DNA of 62,919 nt, filler included, from Dicyema japonicum (taxonomy: Eukaryota; Animalia; Dicyemida), in assembly GCA_011109175.1 (NCBI GenBank). It is 14 parts of 13 records of this genome, joined end to end, with 100 filler letters (N's around TTAATTAATTAA, not from the genome) between each part and the next. Parts side by side here need not be neighbours in the genome. Positions count along the whole stretch, not along the records: positions 20,580 to 25,929 come from RDEW01000171.1; positions 26,030 to 32,969 come from RDEW01000094.1; positions 33,070 to 46,657 come from RDEW01000055.1; 11 more parts are not named here. One strand, 5' to 3'. The stretch's first letter is position 1. Each line of letters opens with the position of its first letter. The position numbers and the translations under genes were made by a program. The notes beneath the pieces are model-generated. The model was not told the DNA's origin and searched no databases. It was given only the letters and a program-made list of their open reading frames with translations. Below are positions 24,749-37,680 of this stretch, piece by piece.

Positions 24749-25403
24749 TTAAGGGTTATATTTGTAATCCTTGGGGAATTCGGGATTACACTTGTTGGGA
24801 TTTTTGAAAGGATATTTTGGAGCCGAGGGGATTGACTCTCCCATTGGACACATTCCAGGGGGATATGGCTGACCCTGGTATTGGTACCCGGAATCACTTT
24901 GATTATGTCCGTAGAAGTAAGGATTCTGTCCAGCAGTTCCATGAGGATATTGGACTCCATGCCCTTGGGAGGCAGGATAAGGACTTTGTCCAGGATTTCC
25001 ATGAGGATATTGGACTCCATGCCCTTGGGAGGCAGGATAAGGACTTTGTCCAGGATTTCCATGAGGATAATTAACTCCATGCCCTTGGGGGGCAGGATAA
25101 GGACTTTGTCCAGGATTTCCATGAGGATTATGCATATGTGAGGCATATGGAAAAACCGGATTTTGGGAGGGATTTTGTTGATTGAGCAAATGGAAAGGTA
25201 TGGGTCCCTTGTAGTCTGAAGGTAACAAGCCCTAGAAAATGTCATTTTTGTTTCACCTTTTTGATTAACTTTTTTCTTAGCTTTTTCTCTGATTTTTTGT
25301 CGGATTTTTTTCCTTGTTTTTTATGTGATTTTTTGTGATGTTTATCATCACCAGAACTGCTTGAGCTCGAACTGCTTGAACTAGAACTGCCACTTTTTCC
25401 CAT
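24749..25403 (-). CDS. 209-aa low-complexity protein: Ser/Lys-rich N-terminus plus 20-aa YPHGNPGQSPYPASQGHGVQ repeats
   Basis: ATG at 25403, exon 1 of 49 codons (MGKSGSSSSSSSSSSSSGDDKHHKK...), a 25-nt intron at 25232-25256, and exon 2 in frame to TAA at 24749-24751. Confidence 0.8.
24929..25131. repeat. 60-bp coding tandem repeat, about 3.4 copies
   Basis: Unit tccaggatttccatgaggatattggactccatgcccttgggaggcaggataaggactttg. Confidence 0.92.
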
Positions 25404-25461
25404 TAGATCAATAACAGTATTATTTAAATTAAAATAAATTAATTATGGAATAAATAATTAA

Positions 25462-25773
25462 TTAACACAGCCATCTTTCCAAAGAGGACCCCACCGACAT
25501 TATTGACGTTGCGTTGCCTCTCACGATCGCAACAGAGATCAACTGGAGAAGCCACTGGGTCTCACGCGCGTCGTGGCTTTGTAGTGTAGCAAGGTGTCCA
25601 AGTTTCTTTACGAAGCGAAGTGATTTTCCATTTATTCCTCCAGTTGTCTCGACCATAATCGGATAGAACGCGAAACGGTCGCGTAGCGCTTCGTATTTCT
25701 TCTCATTTGCCCTCATCGTTTTTTCCGCGGCATACAGTGTGTCTACCGCGCACCCGACAATGTTGACAGACAA
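25462..25773 (-). mobile_element. CRE-clade 3' fragment (REL endonuclease)
   Basis: KKYEAL...FYPIMVETTGGINGKSLRFVKKLG...DARETQWLLQLISVAIVRGNATSIM. Confidence 0.85.
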
Positions 25774-26029
25774 AGTATTATTTAAATTTAATTCTGCAAC
25801 ATTAATTATGGAATAAATAATAAATTTAAATTTAATTCAAATAATTTATTTGTTGTTCAGATGATTTTTTAACATACTTAAACTGGCTAACTTATGTTCG
25901 TCCAACTAGTGTTCACATGAATCCTTTTTNNNNNNNNNNNNNNNNNNNNNNNNNNNNNNNNNNNNNNNNNNNNTTAATTAATTAANNNNNNNNNNNNNNN
26001 NNNNNNNNNNNNNNNNNNNNNNNNNNNNN

Positions 26030-28715
26030 TTATGCGGTGGAGGCTAAGCCAGTAGGGTCACTGGGTGACATCTCCCTAGTGCTGTATGCAGCACAGATCA
26101 CCTATGAGGAATTGACGGACAAGCCCAGACCACCCAGTAAATGGAGGGAGCAGATCTGTGCCAAGATTACTTAACAGACTGAGCTGGAACACTGGAGGGG
26201 CACATAAATAGTGTGGTGAGAGGGGTTAGAGGAAAAGCACCGGCTATAGTAAAGGGGCTAATTAGTAAACTCCGTGTTCCCAAATGGGACCTCAAAGAGT
26301 TGAGGAAGGCAAAGGTGGAGTTAGAGGGGGCAATAATGGTGTACAAGAGGAAACTCTATACACATGAAAGTCGGTGTAAGAGAAGAAGAAAAAATAATCT
26401 GTTTGAGTTTAATCGCAGATTGTTTTACCGTCGCCTACACGAAAATGGCCATAGTGTATGTGCCTAGCAGGACGCAGAAACGTGTTCCACATGGGGTAGT
26501 ATGTGGGAGGCTAAACCACGCAGAGGAAATGCGTGGAATGTCCCGTACAGCGCCGCTCCTTTCTTGGCGGAATCTTGCGGAATTTTCAATTTTCGAAAAA
26601 AATTTGAGGCGGTAGTGAGACATCTCCCTGATTGGAAAACGACCGAGGTCGATAAAGTTTATAATTTCTTTATCAAAAGATGCACTTCATTACACGACTC
26701 TATGTGTCGTGTATTACAGAAAAGCATCACTAACCCGGATACAATTCCTAATTGGGCATCCACAGGGACAACTTTTTTTGATCTCAAAGCTGGACAACCT
26801 CCAGTCTGCTGCAGATTATCGACCTATAACCTGCATGCCAACCCTGTATAAACTGATGACCAAATTGGTGCCTAATGATGTCAGGAGCTTTGTAGAAGCA
26901 AATGGGATTCTATCCGAGAATCACTTGGGTACTGTGCAAAATTGTCAATGGGCAAAAGAACAGGCTTTGATCAACAAATGCCTTTCTGTGTCTCATGGAA
27001 ACTCACTTTTGTCTAAGTGGGTGGATGTGAAGAAGGCTTACGATTCAGTTGATCATTCTTACCTTGTCGAGTGCCTACTCAGTCAGTGTATGCCTGTGTG
27101 GTTCATCAGCTTTGTAGTGGCTGTGATGAATAGGTGGAGNTTCCTACTCAGTCAGTCTATGGTTGTGAGGTTCATCAGCTTTGTAGTGGCTGTGATGAAT
27201 AGGTGGAGTATTCATCTGAACTATAATAGGCACTGGATAGGCGAGGTAAAACTTAAGAGGGGGATCCTTTAGGGGGATAGCATGTTTCCGCTACTCTTTG
27301 TTCACTGTTTGGAGCCATTGAGTCGCCGCCTCAATGACCGGTTTGAGCAAATGCCAGTTCATTGTGAAAAAGTTTGTTTCAGTACTAATCACCTTTTTTT
27401 ATCGATGACCTGAAGATGTTATAGGACTAGATTTGAATTATTCGAGTATAGGACTAGATTTGAATTATTCCAAGTCTGCGACTAACACGCAAGTATGTAG
27501 CGAGTAAGTAAGTCCTAGAGTAACACGAAGGATATAAGTATCTGGGTGTAACCGAATCTCTAAAATCCCTTATAATGCCTGAGACAAAGCGACAAATTAG
27601 TGAAGGAATCCGTAAAAGAGCAGCGTTATTGTGTAAGACTTCTCTGAATGCAAAGAATTTGTTCCTAGCATTAAATGAGTATGCTGTCTCGATGCTAAAC
27701 TACTACATAGTTGTTGAGGAGTTTGAGCCCAAAGAGTATGATGAGATGGATGTTATGATCCGTGGAGTACTCAGAGAGAACCATGTCCATGTGCTAGCAG
27801 CCAATAAGGAAAGACTATATTTACCCCGTGATAAATTTGCCAGTGGACTGTGTGGAGTAGTCCAACTAAGTGACTGTATCATAATGCGAATGCACGACAC
27901 CCTGATAGTTGGGTCAAGTGTGTCTGCTATGAAGCACTCAATAATAACGACCGAGAAAACACGGGCAACCTACCTAGGCACTATCAGACCTTTTTTGTCT
28001 GCTAAGTATGGTGTTGATGATGCTGGGCTAGTAAATGTGAAGGCGTTGATCGAATTACAATATAATAATTTGATGGAAAAGATCAATTTAAAAAGCTTTC
28101 ATAAGGTCCTCTTCAGAGCATTGGACAACCCACATGTCGACCTTAAGTCGTCGACAATATGGCTAAAATACGGTGACAACTCACCTCGATCGGAGGCGTT
28201 GTACACGAAAAGGCTTGATCGCAATATTTTTTGTGGTCGATCAACAAATACATCACAAAGCACTAATACAAAGGAGTTTGGCCAACTCCGTATCATAGAA
28301 GTTGGCATCACGTCTCAATACCGTTTGCAGACGGTGCAGGTAGAGAAAAAAAGGAAGTATGACTTTCTTACAAACGAGATGGGGCAGATGCTTGGTTGCA
28401 AGGTCCTCGTTTATTCCTATAGTAATGACGTGGGAAGGAATTGCAACAAAGTACTACAAGGGTTATCTGAATAGTTGAGGGTAGATAGGAAGCTCCATGC
28501 CTATCTACAGTCCACTGTGTTAAAGAAGACCCTAGAAAGCCTGACACTGGAGTATACGAGGCAGAGCCTTGAGATGCCATATGGGCAGAGGGTTCAATTA
28601 GACATGGCGCTCTCGAAGTTGTTTCAGTAACCAGAATCGAACCTGCCTGAGGAGGCTGGCGAAGAATGTTGTTGATTAAATATATTTACTTTTTTATTGT
28701 TTGTTAAATAAAGTG
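26030..28715 (+). mobile_element. Longest R4/Dong-like non-LTR retrotransposon copy (RT plus REL), disrupted
   Basis: DYRPITCMPTLYKLMT, WVDVKKAYDSVDH, GDSMFPLLF, FIDDLK, ERLYLPR and EVGITSQ...KKRKYD motifs. It has stops and frameshifts, and the CCHC region is deleted at about 28255. Confidence 0.92.
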
Positions 28716-30849
28716 GGATTTCGAATTATATTCATTTTTGTTTTTCTGTTGATCCCAGAAAACGCATGTTGAGATGTAACAAACAACAACTAGTATTAAA
28801 ATGAATTAAGTTTTTATAGTGTTTGGCAATAAAGATAGAATATTAATGACAGATTTTTAAGCTTTAGATTAAAAAATCTTTTGCTAAATTCTAGTTTTAT
28901 TATTAATTTTGAAACCACAAAATTTATTAATAAACACAAACAGTTAACCACTATTGTCTGCTCTCAGCATTAAGAACTTATTTCCCCAACGATCTGTAAG
29001 GTTAATGAGCCAGCTCCTATCGCTCATCCTTTTTCCATCTTCAATAAGTTTATTATTAAAACTCTAACCTTAATTAAATTTCAAATAAAGTAATTGGAGA
29101 CTCAAAAAATTTTAACATAAAATAACACTATCAAATTTCTAAATAGATTTTTATTAGAGTTTTTTTAAGACTTGAGGCCTAGTGGCTTCTATTTTTAGTC
29201 TTCGTTGTCATCACGAGAGCCTATGATTCACCATTTATATTAACGGGGACTATTTGACAAATTATTTAAACATCTTTTAATAAAGATTATAATTTTTTAA
29301 TAAAAAAATTTAATTTAAAAAAAAACTACTACCATTCGACTCATTATTATGCTAGTCAGTGCCGCTACGTCCATTATGTCGACGGGGACTATTTGACTGA
29401 TAATTTAAATTTAATGGGCGCCACCTATACGGGTGGATTACATGACGCCATTCTAAAAGGAGGTAAAACGGAGAACAACAAAAGAATCAAAAAAATTCAA
29501 CTAATTAGGCACAAGTAGAACCATAAGTATTCATATGCTTATGGGTAACATGTGAGTGCATTTAACTGACTAATAAATTTTCAATATTCGGATGTTTGTA
29601 AGGCAGACCCCTTATAGAATAGAGGCATATCACCACCTAAAAAAAATTATTTCTAACATCGGACGGGTGAAACATAGCTATTTAGTTTTTCACGTTGCTT
29701 TAATAATAATAATTTTTGTAGCCCAAGTTGATGTCCTTTTTCTACAAAGTCCAAACGATTTTTAGTTTAGACACTTCCACCTGTTATCACGGCCTGCGTT
29801 TAAATTAATGATACAGCAATCGGAAAAACGGAAATTTTCGATCCTTTAAAATCAAGAATTTTATGAATAGTGATTACATTGAGAATGAAAAGATTAATGA
29901 AAATTTTTTAAAAGATTCAGAAAGACTGAATAAAATCAGAAAACATGAGACTTGTGGACAAAAAAGATACAGCGTTAAATCAATCGGAATTCGGCCGTCT
30001 TTTAAGTAAGATGGATCCAATGACGCCATCAGAAAGAAGATAAATCTTAATCAAGTAGCCACATGGTAATTCAGCTTTATTGACTTTATTTTAAAATTGG
30101 CGACAAAATTCAAGTAATCAAAAGGCCAATTTGCCAGGATTCACTGTAAAAAATAATTGTTTATCACCCACCTAAGTTCATATCGCCCCCTGAAAGCAAT
30201 TTCTCATAAACACCCACCTGAAAATTCAAATCGCCCTAAAAAGAACCGATATCACTCACTTTGGTAAAGCTTGAAAAAAGTGAAATGATTCTCTATGTTT
30301 ACCTTCTGTTCGACCGCGAAAAAATATATGAAGAGACTGTGTTTGCTGGCTCATTTGATAAATAAATAATTAGACGTAGCTAAATTAACATGTAAACAAT
30401 GTGGACGTAAATTTTAATTTTATGAAAAATTAATTATTTTGTAAAATTTTTTATTATTAATAATTTCCAGATGAGTAGTCTATATTTATTTTAATTATTA
30501 AATTTTCAATATAAAACCACTTACTAATAAATTAAATTTTACGTTCAATCAATTAATTTATCGTTATTTAAGATTTAAAAATGTTACAAAAGTTATGTGT
30601 TATTTAGTCACGTGTGCTATGATGTAAATTGTACCGCCTCAGTCTGATGATAATGCTGATTGTACATTCTGAGCACCTCATTTGTTTAATTAAAACCTCG
30701 AATCCGAGCATTTTTTCAAAAATACATAATTCCGCCGCATTTAAAAATAATTTTTGCATAGAGTAGGAGTGGCATAAAAAATTAATCTTGATCAATAGAG
30801 ATAAATTTTCAAGATCAAAAAACGAACTGAAGATCTTGTCCGTCGGATC

Positions 30850-30955
30850 GGCTCATTGTTCCAAAGGGTCACCTAAAATCCACGGGAGACAGGAAGGCTT
30901 CGAGAGCGTATCTCAATAGCTATCGTCAGAGGAAAGAGAGCCGTGTTAGCTACTT
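30850..30955 (+). mobile_element. CRE-clade 3' fragment
   Basis: TGDRKA..RERISIAIVRGK. Confidence 0.55.
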
Positions 30956-33069
30956 AATTTTTAATTTCTAAAATCACTTAATAAATTTGAAAAAAAGAAC
31001 AAAAAAAATTATGGTGACATTGTTATTATCAAGGCACTTTCACGAAAGCCATAATGTTTATAGTCCCGAATATGCAACACTCAAAACAATATTTAGCGTT
31101 AATCTTTTCTATTTTCTTCTTTTGAATGCAGACCATCTTAATTCGTCTAGATCATCCCCCGTTTTGAGCTTTTTTCACCTGGTTTAAATCTTTGTTTAAA
31201 ATAATCGGCTGTGTCGTCCGCGGAAAGGTTTGTCGCAACTGTCAAAAAAATCTTCAATCGCTCTGTTAGCAGGTGCTTCCCGGTATATTCTTAATACATG
31301 TCCGAATAGCTCTACCGGGCATCTATTACATCATTTCTGATGTAATAACACATAAACTTGTTGTAAATACCACTGGTTGATATTCTACGTGGCCATCCAT
31401 TCTGAGTAAGCTTCTTATTTGCCTTTTACCACTGGTTGATATTCTACGAATCCTCTTTCGTTAGTTCGCTGAAATAAACTTTACTAAATCAACATCTTGG
31501 AGTATAAACGCGTTTATGGTAACAGTTTTAATTCTTTTTTATCAGACTCAATAAAATTTTCATATTTTTACCGCCTTAACTGGAAACATTTTTTCATGTA
31601 TTTAATATACTCTCAATTGGATTGAGAAATGGTGAGCAACGTAGAAGAACTAAGAACATGAAGGTCTGCTATTTCAATCAATTCTACAACGCAGGCATAA
31701 TGATGAATATGGGCAGAAACCAAAAATGATCAGGTCTTCAATTCACTTTCAGAACTAGATTTTTTAAGGATTCCTGAAAAACTTTAAAATCCTCACAGAT
31801 AACAGGCCTTTGATTAACATAATGGTAAAGCATATCATATTTTGTCATTGATGAAATGACTGAAATATTTCTGGTTCGATGGTCCTTTCAGGAATATAGG
31901 TAGATGAACTTGAAACAAGTATTCCTCGTCTAGGTCATGAAGATCGACCTTGTCAATAAAAACAAATGACATTTGTCATCATAAACAATTTTTGAGCATA
32001 GTCAAAACTACTTTCAATAATTTTAGTTTTTCTGGTTTTCACAATTCAGGCTCAACGATCCCCGATTTTAATGTATAATGAAAGTCCATTAAACAGTTAT
32101 GAATTTTGCTGAGGCGTAGACAAACCCCTGAGCAGAGAAGTATGATTCCATAATATCGTAGGAAGGAACGGCATGATTCATCTTTAATATGTGACATGTA
32201 ATACCCATTGGGTTTTAAAAAATTACATTCAAGTTCTTCGATTTACACACTTGTATAGGTCTGGTTTTTGATAAGTACAATTTCTGCAGGATGTGTTTTA
32301 CAGATATGTGTAATTGAGGAACCGCACCACCTCACACAGTTTTGAGATAAATTTAATTTATTATTTTACATTAAAATTTTAAAATATTAACATTAAATAT
32401 TTTAGATTTAATATTTTTATAATTGCGCATGAATTATACAATTTAATATATAAATGTGTATGACCTTTCTCCATCCAACCTTGCAATAAAAAAAACTCAC
32501 TCAGAATTTCTCCGAAAAAGGCTGAGACTCTAACGAAAAAGAGATATAAAAGTCTTAGTTGACAGTTCATTTTCGACTAATCGCCTGGAAACTTCTGGAA
32601 TCATTGGAAGCAGAACACTGACCCTACTGAAACGTAGCAGATCGCTTATGGAGCTGGCTAACTGAACACATTTCCTTATTATTGAGCACAAAGTTACATC
32701 CAAAAATAAAAAAAATGATAGCATTAAGTGTACTTGAGCTATGCGGTAGAGCTCAGAGATCCATCACCAGTTCAATTATCAAGTCAATTGACCACGTGGT
32801 TAACTGGTCAAAAATATAAAATTGGTATTGACTAAATTACTCAATTTATTAAAATGAAATTGAAAACAAATCAACTTCCTTATAAATTAATGACTGTTTT
32901 GATTCCATTGGAAGAAATCAAATTATCGAATGCCTCTTGGTACTCATCAATTCCGTAACGGTGTGTAATNNNNNNNNNNNNNNNNNNNNNNNNNNNNNNN
33001 NNNNNNNNNNNNNTTAATTAATTAANNNNNNNNNNNNNNNNNNNNNNNNNNNNNNNNNNNNNNNNNNNN

Positions 33070-33600
33070 GTGTACTACAACTTCTGAGCGTCCTTGAGTA
33101 ACTTAATGTCCAGGTTTTCCCCGCCGGCAATTGCATATTTGGAGGCAAGAAATCCTGCGATTGTGGCCAAGTGCCATTTTTTTGTTTTTATTACCCGCAG
33201 ATAGTCGACTGTTTTTCTAAACTTTTAAGAAACTGGAAGAGTATTAATTCGCTTTTGAACGAAATCAAACGTCTCGCGGTCCAAATATAACCTCTCTTTA
33301 TTTTGCAGGCTGGAGATGTAACTTGAGAGTCGTAAGTACTCTCCGTTAATTATTCGGACGATCTCTTTACACAGAAACCATGCAAGACTACATCTTCTTG
33401 ATGGAAAAGTTATACGTTTCGTCACATCCACATGCCTTCCAGTCAGGTTGCATATTTGAGCACCGTCCATATTTACTTCATTGAACACATACTCCAAGTT
33501 GTACCAGGCAGCACAAAGTGAGGAAAAAGTGAGGACTGTCCGAGGATGCTGTGATTAGCTATATTGACAAATTTCGATGCAGTAAACTCTCGTAAATTTG
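33070..33600 (-). mobile_element. Highly divergent R4/Dong-like RT remnant
   Basis: LQNKERLYLDRE motif and an upstream QGDSLSPLLF-like remnant. Confidence 0.4.
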
Positions 33601-33619
33601 TTAATTTTTTAAGAAATTT

Positions 33620-35200
33620 TCTAATTTTTGTGGAAATTTGTCATTATTTTCAAAGTCTTTAAAACAATTACTGAAAATTAGAACAAGAAAACTAATATTT
33701 TACTACCATGCCTCGATATACAGACTCACTATTGAACAAAAAGTGCGAATATTGCGTTATAAAAATGACAGCAACTTATTATCATGCCAAAGAATTGTTG
33801 ATACAATTTCCTTTTTGTTTAAATTTAACATTTACGGGAGGACAGTTAACTTTATTTTAAAGAGTCGTGAGTCAATTCTGGAACAATTTAAAACTGCAAA
33901 GGATTATGTTGGCCGTTGTGCCTGGTAACAGCTGTTCCATCCGGCTTGCTGGCCGATTAAGTTGATTCCAAAAAGCTTTTCTGTTCTCATATGATTAAAA
34001 AATTCAAAACTACAAATTCATCTACAAAAAAGTCAAAAAGTTAATTTTCCCGCAACTTGATGAAAAACTTGTTCAGTGGATGGATTCGATAGAATCAAGG
34101 GTATATCTTAGTGTTTTTAAATCCAGAAGTATCTGTAGGACTTGTTCGAGGATACAAAAACTTGCTACAGGAATAAATTCAGCCAATGGATTTGGTGATC
34201 ATTAAAACGTTCAAAGTCCATTTTAATAGACCACAAATTGGAGTATCTTTCTGAATTATTGGAGAAGTAAACATGTCGGTATATGAAGAACGGCAGTGTA
34301 CAAACACAGTGTACAAATTGATTGCCACTGGCCCTGTACTCGCTTTATTCCACTAAAGAACGACAGTGTACAAATACAGGTTAATCAGTGTGGGTATTTT
34401 TGGACTCTATTTACAGACGTGACCACAACTTTCAATGTCCTTGATCAATAAAATATTCTAACACGATTAGATGTGATATCATTCCCTTCAATTAGCTACT
34501 TTTATAAAAGGAGGAGCCTGGAAAGGAAGGACAGTCCTGACTCATTCAGCAATTGATAACTTCAATGAGGAGCCTTATCTGGGACCTTAATTCTATTTTA
34601 AAGAGAGGCAAACTAATGGCACTGATTATCGACCTCGTTTTATAATTGTTGGCATTTGTATGGCTCACTTTTACGGGTAGCAATCAATTAATTTAAATAT
34701 TAAATTAGTCGAGTAAAAACTGTGAAATTGATGACTTTATTCGTACTTCAGGGTGGCTTCAGCGTTGGAAAGAAAGAGACAACATATCATTTAAAAGCAT
34801 TTATGGGGAAAAAAAGAGGGTGGATTCCATGAGTAAGTGGGGAAAATATGTTTAGTGACATTGAATGTGACGAATAACGATGGATGTTGCTAATGAGGAT
34901 GACGAATGTATCGGAATCATGTCCGATGAAAAAATATGTTGAATGTCAGAGATATTTCTTATGAGGACGATGAAGATCCATACCCGTGAAAACAACCAGT
35001 TCGGAAGCAATGGGTGCATGCAGATTGATACGCCAGTTTTTTACTAACAGCTGTTTAACAAGTGAAATGGATATGGACAACTTTTATGAACTAGAAAAAA
35101 GCGTCCTACGCCTTTGCCAGAAGACTAGGCAGTCCAAAATTAATGGTTTTTTAAACGTTTTTGATTATTTTCTTTTTTGTCTATTAAAAAAATTATTGAT
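33620..35200 (+). mobile_element. Degraded pogo/Tigger transposase
   Basis: RTVNFILKSRESI, FPQLDEKLVQW (CENP-B HTH) and a C-terminal RQSKINGFL resembling KQTKITDFF. Confidence 0.65.
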
Positions 35201-35325
35201 TTTTATTAAAATGTCGGTTAATTGCATTAGATTTTCCGTGGACAAATGTTATTACTATATCAATATAAATTATAATCGATTCTGTTTTAAATATAAATAA
35301 TAATAGATTGCGCTGGTAAATAAAT

Positions 35326-36669
35326 ATGCCTCCTTTGTGTAATGGATGGAAATCAGTTAAAACCTTAGCAGAATGGCTCAAAGGTTAAATTAATTACCAA
35401 ATATAAGCAGGCACTCTGAATGCTATTAAATTTTTAAAAGAGGAATTGCAGAAGTACGAAGAGAAGACCAATGAGATCATTATTCTGACCGAAAACTCGA
35501 GGTAAGCCCACCAAACACACGAAATAGTGCCGAATTGACAATCCAGCAGGCGGAAATCCTACAACTACGCAAAGAAAACGAAGAACTAGTAAGAAATAAG
35601 GCATTTAACGCATAAGCGAATGGATACTCCCACGAAAAGACCACAACCGAGGAATTCAATAAAAAACGAATCCCTCGCACGACATCGAAGCGCCAGAAAG
35701 TCTCATTTGTACTGAGTAATAAACTAAAAACAGAACATCCCGGTCGACGATTCTCTCGCCTCTTCCCCTGCCAAGACCAAAATCTGGAGGAAAAGTCCAC
35801 TGCGAGGCCTGAAACTGTCGAATGTGCTCAATCTGTCGATAAAAAAAAAGCCCTCCTCGTTTTTGAGCTCAATATCGGTATTCCCCATTAGTATTGGGCA
35901 GATGGACTCCCTGAACATGCAACTCTCGGGGCCTCCGTTCGTCCCTCCCCCAATTGTACGTGTTCTGTCCTCCTTTAGTTCAGGTTGCCTGCATGGAAGA
36001 ACTGGAACGGAGGGGAAAGGGTCATAAACGGCTCCATTTAAATTCGGTGTTATTTCCCTTTATATTCTAGATTAACTCGCCAAGTCGTTAAATTGCAAAA
36101 CAAGCTTGTTTCGGTGGGGACATGAAGGAGTTGGTTAGTGAGGTGACTGGCCTATGCCGTACTTGGGGTCCCCCAGTTTGGATGTCATTTCCACGTGTCT
36201 TAAACTTCTCCTCAAATACGTCTCGGAGCTTTGGTCTGCCACTTCCACTACCGAGACTTCATGGACCTGAAGAGTGGGCACTGACTGAGAATGTGTAGGG
36301 TTCCGGAAGGGGGAACAGGCCGGCCGGATTAGTGCGTTGTTAAGGGAGATTCCCGCCAAGAATAGAGATACGATTGCCGCCTTGATCATTCATCTCAAAA
36401 AGTGTGGTTAATGGGGTACCATGTTGAGGGTGTCGACTATCTGTGGAGTGAGTGGGGACGACTTGTGCGACGTGTTTGCCCCCATTGTGCTGGCACAGTC
36501 CTCTCCCGATGATAACATTGCCTCAGAGTCGTCGGAGATTCGATGAAAAAACAGTTTTTAGTGCTTTAATGGTGCAGGTTATGAGGATATTGTATTCCCA
36601 GTCCATTCCTTGTGGACTGCAATTTTGAATATTGGCGGGAATTCTTTGAGTAAATTGACGTGTGGCTAA
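35326..36669 (+). CDS. RACGAP1: RACGAP1/CYK-4-like RhoGAP with micro-introns; frame disruptions in this assembly
   Basis: N-terminal coiled coil, then FVPPPIVACMEELERRG, MPYLGSPSLDVISTCLK, REIPAKNRDTIAALIIHLKKV and LCDVFAPIV. About ten GT-AG introns of 23-28 nt; the last three match the phases I recall for human RACGAP1. Confidence 0.7.
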
Positions 36670-36703
36670 CTTTGTAGAAGTCGAGAGAGAAGAAATGTGA
36701 TTA

Positions 36704-37499
36704 TTAATTGTTAAATTTGTTGTATTTGTCGAGGATGGCATTGACTATTAGTTTCTCGATAGGCTCGTCGTGTGCCTCCAATGTTTCCCCTTCATTGACT
36801 CCCCCTCCAATAACCTACCGAAAAGGACGACTTTGAATTGACGACTGTCCAGCAAATTAGCCACGACGAGTGACTGCTGGTTGTCCTCGAATGACTTGCG
36901 GACCTTCTCTGCAAGCTTACTCGAGTCAGTTTCGAGTTTGAAGGTCACGACGAAGGCCTGCGGACTCCACAATGAGGTCACAAGATGAAGTGTTTTGGGC
37001 ACTCTTTTTAGACGAAGGACCAACTCGTCGTGTGGGAGTCCATCTTGTGTTCGGGCATTCTTTCCAATGGTAGATAAAAGTCGGAGACAGCCGCAGACAA
37101 GTACAGCAGTGCTCGATTCCCCAGAACAGCCACAGCCTTCGAACAAACCCGCAGACACCTCAAATATTCCCACACGGTGACGAACTCGACCTTCAAGAGG
37201 AGGTTGTGTTGTGTGGCGGGGTGTCCATGTGGTTGAAGGGAGTGTTTGCGGTGAAGGAAGATGACCGCGCAGTCATTGGCCATCAAGTGGTGGGCGGAGG
37301 ATGCCCCCGTCGCCCAGTACTCAAGTTGTCTATGAATCGGACGGGGTGTCGTCGAGGGGAACGCGGGTACCACCGGATGTGACGAGTACTACTAGCCGTC
37401 TTCCTTTGTGGTAGTTTATGAACTGACATATTCTCCTCCATCTACTCGTTGTTGTTCTCCTGGATCTTGCGAAAGAAATAACATTAATTCGTCTTCCAT
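36704..37499 (-). CDS. PPCS: Phosphopantothenate-cysteine ligase; homopolymer frameshifts in this assembly
   Basis: VLVTSGGTRVPL, RFIDNLSTGRRGA, LYLSAAVSDFYLP.ERMPEHK, VPKTL, AFVVTFKLETD and VVANLL. A 20-nt intron (gtaggttattggagggggag) restores the C-terminal EPIEKLIVNAILDKYNKFNN*. Confidence 0.9.
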
Positions 37500-37680
37500 A
37501 ACAACTTAGTTCTCGTTTTTTAAATTTTTATCAATTAATTCACCAAGTTTTATAATTTAAACAAATAATCTAAATTTACTCACATGTTGGATTCTTGTGT
37601 GTCAATGCTCGTTTGATGATAATTAAGACTCTTTTTGTTAAAAAAATTCAACATTGACAATTTATTTATTTCGAACATAA
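37500..37680. promoter_or_regulatory. Probable short bidirectional promoter between PPCS and the PELP1-like gene
   Basis: An AT-rich spacer of about 180 bp between two divergently oriented genes; inferred from geometry only. Confidence 0.35.

Noticed and set aside
24929-25131. CRISPR-like or non-coding repeat array; plus-strand ORFs 24817-25074 and 24881-25141
   Set aside because: The units are contiguous 60-mers without unique spacers and encode the minus-strand protein repeat. The other ORFs are shadows of that repeat.
36038-36540. Stop-codon reassignment suggested by in-frame TAA/TGA in the RacGAP gene
   Set aside because: Clean genes end in TAA (EB1), TAG (OXR1-like) and TGA (MEAF6, lifeguard) and contain no internal stops. 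The disruptions are confined to an error-rich contig.
36135-36741. ORF 36135-36389 (MIKAAIVSLFLAG, signal-peptide-like) and ORF 36523-36741
   Set aside because: The first is antisense to RacGAP exons. The second is antisense to the RacGAP 3' end and overlaps the PPCS C-terminus out of frame.
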